From: Seison nebaliae
Taxonomy: Eukaryota
DNA length: 64,000 bases
Assembly (NCBI GenBank): GCA_023231475.1
Contig: JALJEE010002157.1
Location: forward strand, 1-64,000
Direction: 5' to 3'
In this document: in pieces, positions 25,689 to 37,125 of the stretch
Layout of the letters: every line of letters starts with the position of its first letter
How positions within the stretch are numbered: the stretch's first letter is position 1
Position numbers and translations under genes: made by a program
Notes under the pieces: generated by a model
Database searches by the model: none
What the model saw: the letters and a program-made list of their open reading frames with translations, nothing else
Told to the model about the DNA's origin: nothing

Positions 25689-26758
25689 TCATTCGACTGC
25701 CATATGGGCGAGAGTGGATGTAGTCGTTTTCATTGCCATTAACGCCGATTTCACTGGGTTGTTTGTTGTCGATGGTAACGATTCATCTGTTATTAGTTTG
25801 TAGCAAGAATAAAGTAAATTTGTTTGTTTCTTGTCACCTTCACTCAAATAACTTCGTTGTCCCATCTCTTCAATAATTGTTTGACTTCGATATTTATCTA
25901 ACGGTTGTATAGCTGCAGTATTCACTTTAGAGAACGAAGTCTTTAAAAGAGAAAATTGGAATTTTTGTAAAATGACTTAAAAAGGAAGAACTTGATGATA
26001 ATGCATTATGGAGAGGAAATCGTATTCTTGACCTAACGAATCGATATGTTTTTTCGATTTCATTTCAAAATTGACTTCGTGTCCCGATTTGATATTGTCT
26101 CGAATAATTTTAATATATTTATTTCTATCCGGTCTAATTTGCGAGAGAGAGAAAATCAATTTGTGAAATTGAATTTTAATTGTTAAAAATTATTCGAAAA
26201 AACCTAGCATGTTCATGATAGAAACCGATAGCATGGCCAATTTCGTGGAGAAAAATTCCGGCACGAAATTTCCCGGAGGAAACGAGACATTTCTTCGATA
26301 AGTAAATCGGTTGTTCACCTCCAATTCGACCTACATAAGAACAACATCTGTAAAATTAATGTAAAAAAAATTGGCTAGGATGAATTAAAAAATTTGAAAA
26401 AAACCCGCAAATGTCTAGTCCATTTTTGACGATGAGATAATCTGATTCGGTTGTTCGGTTAACGAATTTGATACATGTATTCTTCTGCCATATTCCACTA
26501 GCCTCATAAAAGAATGGAATGAGCGATTCTAAATAGAACAGCATGGAATAAATTTAAATTTTAAGTAAAAGAAAGAGTGGAACCATCAATGGAATCATGA
26601 AAAAGGAAAGGTATTACTGCTTTCGGCCATAACAGGTTCTTATCTGAGACAGCGGCTCTTCGATGCCGATATTGGATGATATCATATTCGAATAATTTGA
26701 GAGTGAGGGAGAGGTGAATGGTGAGAAGAAGTGGAATTAGTTGACGTACTACCATCAT
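25689..26758 (-). CDS. Secreted astacin (M12A) metalloprotease with a BMP1/tolloid-like catalytic domain, 5 exons; possible extension to 25443
   Basis: Signal peptide, short prodomain FEYDI..RHRR, then [44 protein letters not shown] and the SIMHY Met-turn. Introns 26529-26583, 26348-26404, 26134-26203 and 25941-25991 are all GTT..AG and keep the frame. Confidence 0.92.
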
Positions 26759-27098
26759 CCGAATAAGAATGGATGCAATAAAGACATTGATATTGACGGA
26801 GTATGGAATTGCCTTAAACTTTTTCCATTAGGAACCTTGGGGCTGGTTTGTTAAAAGAAATTTCTCTAAGAATAAGAAAAACAGAAATATTTTTAGTTAT
26901 TGTTGGCAGATGCAAATATAATTGAGTTTTCTTTTTCTTAATATTTGACTGTGATTCATTTGGTGACGAGGATAATTTCAAATGATGAAGTTTCCATATG
27001 ATTCTAGATTGTGATTGTAGTGAATCACTTCATATTGTAACGTAACATTCAGCAACGGATAGACAGACAACCTATTATACCTAGACGTAACTGGAGAG

Positions 27099-27131
27099 AT
27101 GTTGATGTTGATGATGATGATGATGATGATA
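27099..27131 (+). repeat. (GAT)n microsatellite
   Basis: gttgatgttgatgatgatgatgatgatgat read directly. Confidence 0.8.
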
Positions 27132-29079
27132 TAATGAACACGTCGTTAAATTAGTAACATAACTATGTAATCAGCTGCTTCTATTATTCTCGTGTTAATA
27201 CGTTAGGTATACAGATGTACTTCTTCCACAAGGTCATCACGTCTTTAAATTAATTTCGAATGTCTAATACGATTAATTAAAATTTTTCATTATGTAACTT
27301 TACTAGCTGACTAACTAACTAAATAGTGTTTAAGTACTAACAAATGATAAATCATATCCATCTCCCTCTCTCACATACAAATTGACGAAACGGACATTCA
27401 AATAGAATTTTCAGATTCGAAATCGAATGAAAATAACTATTTACAATTCTCCCAAAAATATTCTCGTTGTGACGATGGACAATATTTAAATGTTAAACAT
27501 ATCATTAACGGAAGAGTCAAATAAATTTTGAAAGCATTATGAATAAAATTCTGCGCGAAATTATTCATAATTGAAGAATGCTAGAATTGTTTTTCCCAAC
27601 GATAATATATACGTCATTTCTAACGGTTTATATTGTTCGTCGATTGATATTTATTACGAATAAAATGAAATATGAGGAAAGACATTATTCTTTTGCCTCA
27701 ATCGAATGAACCAACTCTACAAGTAAGACTAACTATAGTGGAATTAATTTGAAAAGAACATTGAAAGAATCGAACGAATTCATCGAGTCAATGACGAATG
27801 AAGACTGAGAATATCCGAATAACAATGGCACGATACATTCATCCTTATCCAGTTACTTAAGACCACTCCATCTCAAGATTATCATATGATTCATTAACGG
27901 AACGTATTGTCGATGACGTCACGTGTTAGACCAAGGCTACTTAGTGAATGGATATCTCCAGCCAAATGGAACTTGTTAATAACTAATAAATAAATATCGT
28001 TTCTATTGAAGGCGAAAGTGCTCATCTAAATCGCCTTAGGCAAATGGATTCATATTCAAATGATTTCCTTTCTGATCAATCGCAACTTCCAATCGACGAT
28101 ACAAAAGACAATGACGTATTAGACTAATTTACATAATGGAAATATAAGTCCCCTCGTTGAACGATCCATAACTAGGGAATACTATCAAGTGAACTCCAAT
28201 GAAATATGGTGCTAGATCAGGAAAAAATGTAACAGAAGAGATGAATGAAAAGTTCTCAGGGAAATCGTCATTCATTAAAATTCGATGGAAAAAATATCAA
28301 AAAAAAAGGAAAAGAAAAATAAGTACATTAATTTTCCCTCAATTCCCGAAAAACACTTTCACTCAACTAATTAGGTTTAATGTCCATTTTCCTTCACGAA
28401 TATCGACTAGTTCGCTTCATATATTACGTAGGATGTTGTCATGAGGGTATGGTGCAGATTCAAATTTATTCTAAAGGGAATTAAATTTTTTAAGATATTC
28501 CAATATTATCTTATCTGATCGATCTTCATTCTCCTTTTATAATTCGAACAACATTTCCATCAGAAATGACAATGATATTATGTCAATCAATTATTATTAA
28601 ATTTATTCAAATGAATAATCAATAAACATTTTACAGTCATAATATCCTTCAGAAAAACATTTCTAGCTATCTCCTTCAAATCCTGACAATTTGTCTAGAG
28701 AATTTGTTTTCAGCAAAACAATTAACGAAACCATCAGAAAATTTTTTAGATTAAAACAATTTGAGTTATGATCAATTATTTGCAAAGAAAATTTGCGTTT
28801 TCTCATGCTGCATAATTGAACCTTAGAATAACTAACTTGAAATTTCCTTTTGAATTTTCCCTTCATGTTTCCTCTTCTTCCTCCTCCTCCTCTTCCTCTT
28901 CGTCCCACGACGAGACGATGAAGAAACTTATAAAACATTATTTGCTATTTATGAATAAGAAGAAACAGGAGTGAAGGTTAAAAAATGAATCGAACGAATA
29001 CGAAAGAATAAACACTCAAGTTAAAAAAAATGAACATTACTACGACATCCCTCAGGAATACTTCATGGAAATAGAAGAA

Positions 29080-29320
29080 GGACCAAATTTGAAGATGACG
29101 AAAAAATATTTGAATAAAAGTTTAAAGTGAATTCCAAATTCTAATTGATCGAGTGCGCACAACGGAATGAAAGATGAATTTATAACGATTCTGAAAATAA
29201 AGCATTTGGGAGTTATTCTTCGATAAGGTAATAATTACTAATTGCCTTCCGAATATACCCTTCAAATAATGACCGATTCTAATAACTATTTTTCGCGATT
29301 TCGGATATGATAATTTCATT
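29080..29320 (-). mobile_element. Possible decayed 3' end of a CR1/L2-type LINE ORF2
   Basis: The translation ends RYKFIFHSVVRTRSIRIWNSL, resembling the F..R.v..WN.LP terminal motif of these LINEs. No RT core was recognised. Confidence 0.35.
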
Positions 29321-32286
29321 ATATTCCACCATCCGAAAATAAAAAAATTTAAATCTCTCGAATTGAATAATTATGGGTGGGTAAAATCCTCCGCAATTAT
29401 TATCAATGAAAAAAGATTATCTTATCACAAGAATAAAATTGGTATAATTTCTTTTGTGTTGTGAACGAATATTAAGTAGTCGCATTACAAGTAAAGGGGA
29501 TTTGGGGAATGCTTTCATTTATTCAAAATGACATAAAAATTATGAATATTTTAATTTATACGTCATACACATTGAGTAAGTTTCATTCCTCTTCGTTCAA
29601 GTGACGAGAAAAGTATAAATAATTTTTAACTTTCCATCTTACATTCAACTACCGGTGGAGAACATCTCTCATATCGAATGGACATTCATCCACCAAAAAT
29701 TTATTTGCAACTAATTTATTTAAAGAAGCTGATACATTTTCAATCACACAACAGTAAAAGGGAAAAGTTATAGAAGCAAAAGAAGTTATTAGTTCGATAC
29801 GAATAAATCTTACAATCTCCGGCCTAACATATAGGCCCTATATGTTGTGAGAGACACTGGAGGAGGAAAGACACTAGAGAAGTAAGACAGTTTTAGAAAG
29901 AATTGGAGATAGTAGCAATAAATTTACAGTGCTATTCTTATTTCAATAAATACAACAAAACTGATCGGGAAACATATGTGTATACATATGTGTAAGAAAC
30001 ATTCATTTATGTAATATTGTTGTAGAACGGATGATAGTCAAGGTCCATTTTTCTTTCGACAATTAGTTCCAATATACCAAAAACTTCTCGTTCGTTACTT
30101 TTATCAAAACAAATATATGTTACATGCTGAACAGAAGATACTTAAAGAACGTTATTTAATCTCTTCTTTATAATCGTCAAACTTTTATTAACTTCTTCAT
30201 AACAAATAAGAAATGACCAGGAACTTCTCCTCAATCTTCTGCATCTGATTCACTTAATTATCGCTCATCATTTGAATAATAATTTCTCCTTAACAAACTC
30301 TATTAATGTTATGAGAAGGAGAACAAATAATTATTTAAAACAACTTGAAACTTCCTGATGAATGTAGTTGTACGAATCATATTTTGTCAAAGAATTATCA
30401 CAAAATTTTTCTTCAAGGTTTCAATTCCTCGTCGCTCAAAGCATGATATTTTCATCATCATTTCTACTTACGCATATCAGGTGATGTCTTATTTGCTAGT
30501 ATGGTTCCTCATTGTTAGATTGACAAGATTTCTGACAAAGATTTCTGTGAGTGAAAACATAAATTATTGACAGACTTGACAGTTGATAACAATATTACAA
30601 TTTCTAAATTGATCGGTTTTGTGCAATGTCACTAGCAATTTCTCTTATTTGACATTCAATTTTCATTGTCTCCTATTTGACACAGACATGTTTAACCAAA
30701 CACTAAATTTTTATTCCATTCCCGGAATCAATTAACTAACAATGTTTTTCCAGCCTACAACTTGTTAAGGTTAAGAAGTGTTGACACCGCAACAAATTTG
30801 AGGAAAAACCAAAAAAATAATTCTTAAATAAGCTTAAATAAAATGCCAATTGTGGGCAAATTTGCGAGAGAAATTAATAGAAGAAAAGTCAGTAAGTTCA
30901 GTAGTTCCTTCCGTCTCTATCTTTATTGATCGAGATGCCGATTCTTTAATATTCTTATTTCCCCAAGAAAAAAACGAACTTTTATTGTTAGGTTCTAGTT
31001 TATTTCAAATAATTAGATTACATGACATTATCTCAATTTTGACTTTTTGGATAAGGAACGTACTGGTTAAGGACTAGAATATATTCTCATAAAACAAAAG
31101 TTATTGAACTATTTTCTTTGACATAAACTGAAGGAAGTTGAACGAGTTAAATCCGTTTGGTTGATATAAACATGAAATGACCTTCTACTGACCTTATATT
31201 GGACGCATTTGGGTAATTTATTGAATAAAAATTAAGTTAATGTTCATGACTTCAATTACAAAACAATTTCGCATAACAGATATTGGAGCAATATGTTTAT
31301 CGTCGAATTTCGTAAAATTAATGAAAAAAGGCAGTCAATTAAAGAAAATGATTCATGAAATAAACACTTCTCCTTTGGGAAACCAATGTTGGGAAGAATT
31401 TACAAAATTTTTATTTGATTAAACAAATTGATTTTTATTATTAATTTCCTGTTTATTTTCAGCAATTTGCTGGAACCAAACGAGAAATATGGGGAGACTA
31501 AGGATGAAATAGAATAATATATTTTCTATCTAATTCAATATTTGTTTGAACGAAACCTATTGCCTAACTATTTCCTGTATAAGGAAGAAATTCCATTCTG
31601 TTCATTTGGACAAACAGCAAATTGAAGGTCGTCCATTCTTATCAATTCCATTTATCAATCGATAATTCCTTTTTTCGGTATAAGAAGAAAGAAGATTCCA
31701 ATTTCCTCTATACGACTTTTAGAAGTTTTATTATGATCATCATTCTCTTCTGCAGTCGATTAAACGATGTAATATATCGTCAAACAATCTTACTTTCCAT
31801 TCCATAATTTCTAGAAAATGAATTTCGTATAAACAAACAATTGATCATTAATTAAAATGAATGGGATTGATGGAACATTGATGATACATACAATTATGAG
31901 CACTCTTTTAAAAATAATAGTAAAATAAATTAAATATTTTTAGGAAAATAATATGTTGTTTTTTTTTCAAGAGGTGTTTTTAAGAAATATATTTTAATGA
32001 AACTTCTTGGAAAATTCAAAAGGAAAATAATAATTAGAATAATCAAATTACAAGGAATAATAAAATGGGGAAATGCTTCAGAAAAGTGGTAGGGAGAAAG
32101 AAGTGTTGAAAAGAAGAATAGGAAAACTTTCATCGATTTTATTAGATACACTACGGGAAAAGAAAGAAGATGCGAATGAGAATAATAACGACACCGGACC
32201 GTTAGAAATTTAGAAAAAAGACTTTCCTTGAACAATTCGAAGAGGATCGAGTTCCATAAATTAGAGAATTTTCCTTCACTTATATA

Positions 32287-35200
32287 TTAGATGATGGCAG
32301 CAGTTCGAGTCTTAAACGGATGTAATTCATTTCCATTCGGACCGTTATTTGGCGATCTGAACGAATTGAACAATTGGAAACATTCATTCAAATGATGCCC
32401 ACCATCACCGACGGTTGACGATTGTGCAGATTGAGTTACTGAAGCGTCAGATGTCGAACGTTTGACCGGATTGAGATTGGCGAAAATTAATTCATTTTTA
32501 TTCGAATTTTCGATCGATTCATTACTCAATTTATTCTCATCATTTTGTTCTTTTTGTTCGTTCGTCATTTCAGACATATTTGATGAGAAGAAATTTTTCA
32601 CGAAATCTTTCCCCCCATCAGTTTTATTGAACATTTTCATGAGATTTTCCATTTGAATCAACTCTTTCGAACTGCCACCCGATACATCAGCTTCGTTAAT
32701 CATCGTTTTATTCAAATCTGAAAATTAATGAAAATTATGAAAAATTAAAATTTCGAAAAATGAAAAAAAAATGAAAATTTTGAAAAATGAAAAAAAAATG
32801 AAAAAAAATGAAAATTTTGAAAAATGAAAAAAATGAAAATTTTGAAAAATAAAAAAAAATGAACCTTCCATATCCGTTTGTGTCATATCTAAATATTCGT
32901 CTTCATTCAAAAGAGCCGTATTATTATTATATGTCTCTTCTTGCTCTTGATAATTGGGTTCGTTCAATGCAGATGGATATGGTGAGACGGGATCGTCAAT
33001 CGTTTTCGTCAATTTCTCATTATCGATCTTCTCATTCTCATTATTCTCTAATTTGATATTATCCACTTTCGTCACTGGAGGTTGTTGCATCTGATTCATA
33101 TTTGTCAACGAATTCAACGAATTCATCAAATTGAAATTGAAGTGGGGAAGTGTGGAGGTTGTGGGTTGAGGAAAGTTGCCGATAGCCGGATTTGGAGGAA
33201 AAGGTAAGGGAAGATTATTCAAATTGAATGGACCTAAAGGAAAAGGAGGAACGAGATTCCTGTTGTGTCCATGCACAAAAGGAGTCGGTTGAGGTAAAAT
33301 ATTCGACTTCAACATTTTATTCTCTACATTTTCAGCATTACTATTCAATTCTTTATCTTCATGTTTGCCCGTTGAATTTGTATCATCTTGCGTTGCAAAT
33401 CGAATACATCTTTTCTTTCTCCTATTCATCAAAAATAATAAGAATTATTAATTAATTTTCATTCCATATTAATTTCTAATGTTAGTGAAGTGATTTTGTG
33501 TAATTATCGAGTTGTTAGTCCATCAAAATCCACATGTCATTTTGGTGTTAATAGAAAAAATATTTGAAATTTATGAATGAAGAAAAATGTGAGTCTAATG
33601 TGAAGACGCTGATGAACAAGTGGAATGAATTTTTCCATTTCAACTATAGTCAATAATGGAGTGAGAACGAATGAGTGAATGAATGAATGTTCAAGTCAGT
33701 TACCTGCAATGTACACACCACATGTCTTGGTGTGACAAGCCGAAACGAGCGCGACATTTTTTTGGTTTAGCAAAATAATCAGTATCATCACTATAACAGT
33801 TCCAAAGTTGATTTTGTTGCTGCATCGATCGATAATGGTTGTAGAAATGAAGGAAATATGTATTGAACATCAAACTGTTCTGAATATTCATATCCGACAT
33901 ATTATTATTCATCTCATCCACCGAAGGAACTGGTGATGCTACGAAAAATGAAAATTCAAAATTCAAAATTTTTTCATTTATTCTTTCATTTTCTCAATGT
34001 CTCTCATCATTAAACGCTCAATAAAAAATTTGAATTAAAAAAAAAAATTTTTTTTCAATATTTTGTTAATTTTGAGAAAAAATTTTTTGTTAGTTTGTTA
34101 TCCGAGTTATTATTGGTTAGAGAAGGAGAGGGATAATGGGATTTATTGTCAGTGAAATTGAATGAGTGTTAGTGAGAAAGAAGATAATTGTGTGAAATGT
34201 GAATTTACCTGCATGGTTTGCACCACAGTTCCATTTGATTTAAACCATATCTAGCACGACATTTCCTCGCTGATTCTAATATTTTTAGTGACACAAGAAA
34301 TTAACTTTACTGCAACTCAAACAATCGATGAATAAAGATAAAATGAAAAGAGTTGTTGTGATGGAAAAGAATTTCCTAAATTCTCTTAAGAATCTTCCGA
34401 ACAAATTAGTTGGGAAATATCGGTCCATTTTAATCGAATGGACATTTGAATTTTTAAAAGAACGAGAAGGAAGAAAATGAAAAATTAAAAACCTGTTGGA
34501 ATCATTGGACGATCATTCTTCAATTTTCGTCGAAAATCGACATTTTCACCACCTGAAGAATTTGTTGAATTGTCACTATTGTTAGTATTGGAGGAATTAG
34601 TTCTCGTTTTCTTTAATCCACTCATAAAATCGAATTGACCAGTTGATTCCCTTTTCAATTTATTCAAGAATTGTTGTTGATTCTGTTGTTGTTGATTGTT
34701 GTTGTTATTGTTGAATTGATTTAAGGGATTTAATGGAAAATTAATTTTATCTTTCGTTAATTGATACAACATCTGACTCTTCATTTCGTCAGTACAATTC
34801 TCTCCATTCATCATCATCTTTTGTTGTTGTTGTTGTTGTTGCAGTGAAGAATTAGGTGGTTGTTGTTGTTGTTGTTGTTGTTGAAGATGATGTTGTTCAT
34901 ATTCGGATGGCATATTTGAATTTTTTCGTTTCTTTTTTTTCATTCCATAATTGTCTCGAGCACTCCAATCCGGATATTTTTCCATATGTTTCATTCGTTC
35001 AACTCTCGCTTTCTCATAATATTTAGCTTGTTCAGCTCGATCAAGTTCATGCCATTTCTTACCAAGAATCTGATTAATAGCTGCCGATTCTCTTAAAGTA
35101 CATTCGTTGACAACAGACGCTCGTTGTTCCTTCATGAACAACATGAAAGCATTTAACGGTTTCTTAATATGTTTCTTATTATCACGTTTATTCTCCTCGT

Positions 35201-36326
35201 CATATTCACCATTCTCATCTGACGACCTTTTCTCATTCTTAAAGAAATTATTATTCGAATTATTCATAAAATTATTATTATTATTCAAATTATTATTATT
35301 GTTATTATTCGAATAATTATTATTATTATTATTATTATTATTTGACATTAATTTAGCAGAATCCAATATCAGTTGATTGTTATCCATTCCACCAGATTTA
35401 AATAAATTATTCTGTTGAATCGAATTGACGAATGATTGTGGTGGTGGTGGTTGAGGAAATTTCCCAATTGGTGGAAATGTCGGAAAGTTCTGTGAAGGTG
35501 TTGGCAACGTTGACTGATTTAATATATTTCCTTGTTGTTGTTGTTGTTGTTGTTGTTGTTGCTGTAAGAGATTTGTAATAAATTGAAGAGTGTTTGGATT
35601 GATGGTATTGGACGTGGTTGTTGTGGGAGTGGAAGTTGGTAAATTGAAAGGTAAACTCTTTTCCTCTTCACTCGGAACTTTCTGGAATGAAGTTGGAGGT
35701 GCCCATTGATTCTCTATCGGTTGTGGTATCATCATTCCATTATTCGTATTCGAGGTTGACGTTGTCGATGGCGGTACTTTCTGACAATTGGTCAATATAT
35801 TGAATAATTGTGCCATCGCTTTCTGTGTCACATTAGCATGTTTCTGTCCATCATCTGATGGTGACGAATGTTCCCCATTATTTTCAACCGTTTCCTTCAG
35901 CAAATCTTCTTCATCTTCTTGGAAATTATCCAATTCATCAACTTCTGCCTTCTGCATTTCCTCCTCATTATTTCCATCACCATTATCATATTCGATTTGG
36001 GAAGCATTTTCATTCCCATTCACTTTACTCAAAATATTGTTATCGAACTTAACGAAAGATGATTGATTCTCATTTTGCGATTGTACTAAACTCTTATCTT
36101 CTTCATCATTATCCTCTTTCACGATATCGATCGGATCATCCGTTTCCTGTTCTTCTTGAGAATTCCAAAATTTCCGGTTTCGACTCGCCGCTGCTGCCAG
36201 AATTGTGAGCACGCAAATATTCTGATTGAAATTCCTCAACTTCGTCAAATCGGCTGTCGATCTATTTTGTTCGTTTGTCTCATTATTATTATTATTATTA
36301 TTATTGTTCGATTTATCGTTATCCAT
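32287..36326 (-). CDS. TCF: TCF/LEF (pangolin) HMG-box transcription factor with C-clamp
   Basis: HMG box [18 protein letters not shown]...[16 protein letters not shown]...[11 protein letters not shown] plus basic tail. Exons: 36326-34493, alternative 34275-34209 or 33938-33704, 33421-32865 and 32717-32287. The C-clamp reads KCRAR(Y/F)GL...[12 protein letters not shown]. Confidence 0.95.
32727..32862. repeat. Degenerate minisatellite (AAAATGAAAAAAAAATGAAAATTTTG-like) filling the last TCF intron
   Basis: Repeated aaaatgaaaa/aaaattttga units across intron 32718-32864. Confidence 0.75.
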
Positions 36327-37089
36327 ATCCTTTTCTTTTTTGAATGATATAACAATTTTGACAATTTTTTCAAATTTTTTGAGGAAAAAAAAATTTTAAA
36401 AAAATTATCTGATTTTTCAAATAATCGATGTCTTCTTTCTACCTCGTACGAATTTTAGATGGATCAGCACATTTAAAATTTACATCGAAATAACTGTTTC
36501 TATGAATGGGAAAGAAGAAAAAGTTAAGTCATGATTGTAACTCGGAAGAAATCTATCAAAGTTTTAAGAAATCATAAAATTTATCAAAAGAAAAACAGAA
36601 AGTTACTATTTGATCAACGTTTTAATTAATCATTTTCTTTAGATCGATACCGCTAATGTTTCTTCAATATCTTCAGTAGAAGAAACATATCTTCCTATTA
36701 AATAGGAAGTATTGGACGCCGCCTCTCTCAACCTTCAACAGATGCGTCACCTACTTAATTCCATTCGACATTCATTCTTTGAAGACTCGTTAATGTCTTT
36801 GAACTATTGACGGAGTGGGATAAGAAGATAGAGGGACATAAACCGAACAAATCTCATTCTCATTGAAAGTGCAAAGAGAAATGAAACGAATTAGAAAACT
36901 ACTTAATCGATACATCTTTTTCGGCACAAAGCGTCTTTTTCCCTTCGAATCTAATGTACTTTCAGTCGATTGTTCCCTTCTCCGTCTTTCATCCTCTCGA
37001 CTCCATTTCTCCGTTTTCTTGTCCTTTTCTCTCTCTGCTTATGCGTCTTCCAATCTCCTTCGGAACGACGGTCAACATTGACATTTGTC

Positions 37090-37125
37090 GTCTCTCTCTC
37101 TTTCTCTCTCTCTCTCCCCCTCTCT
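37090..37125 (+). repeat. Imperfect (TC)n microsatellite upstream of TCF
   Basis: tctctctctctttctctctctctctccccctctct read directly. Confidence 0.75.

Noticed and set aside
31930..32286. Long in-frame open stretch after the TCF stop codon (TAA 32289-32287)
   Set aside because: Pyrimidine-rich, UTR-like sequence giving an F/L/I/S-biased peptide. Such sequence lacks stops by composition, and UAA-U is a poor readthrough context.
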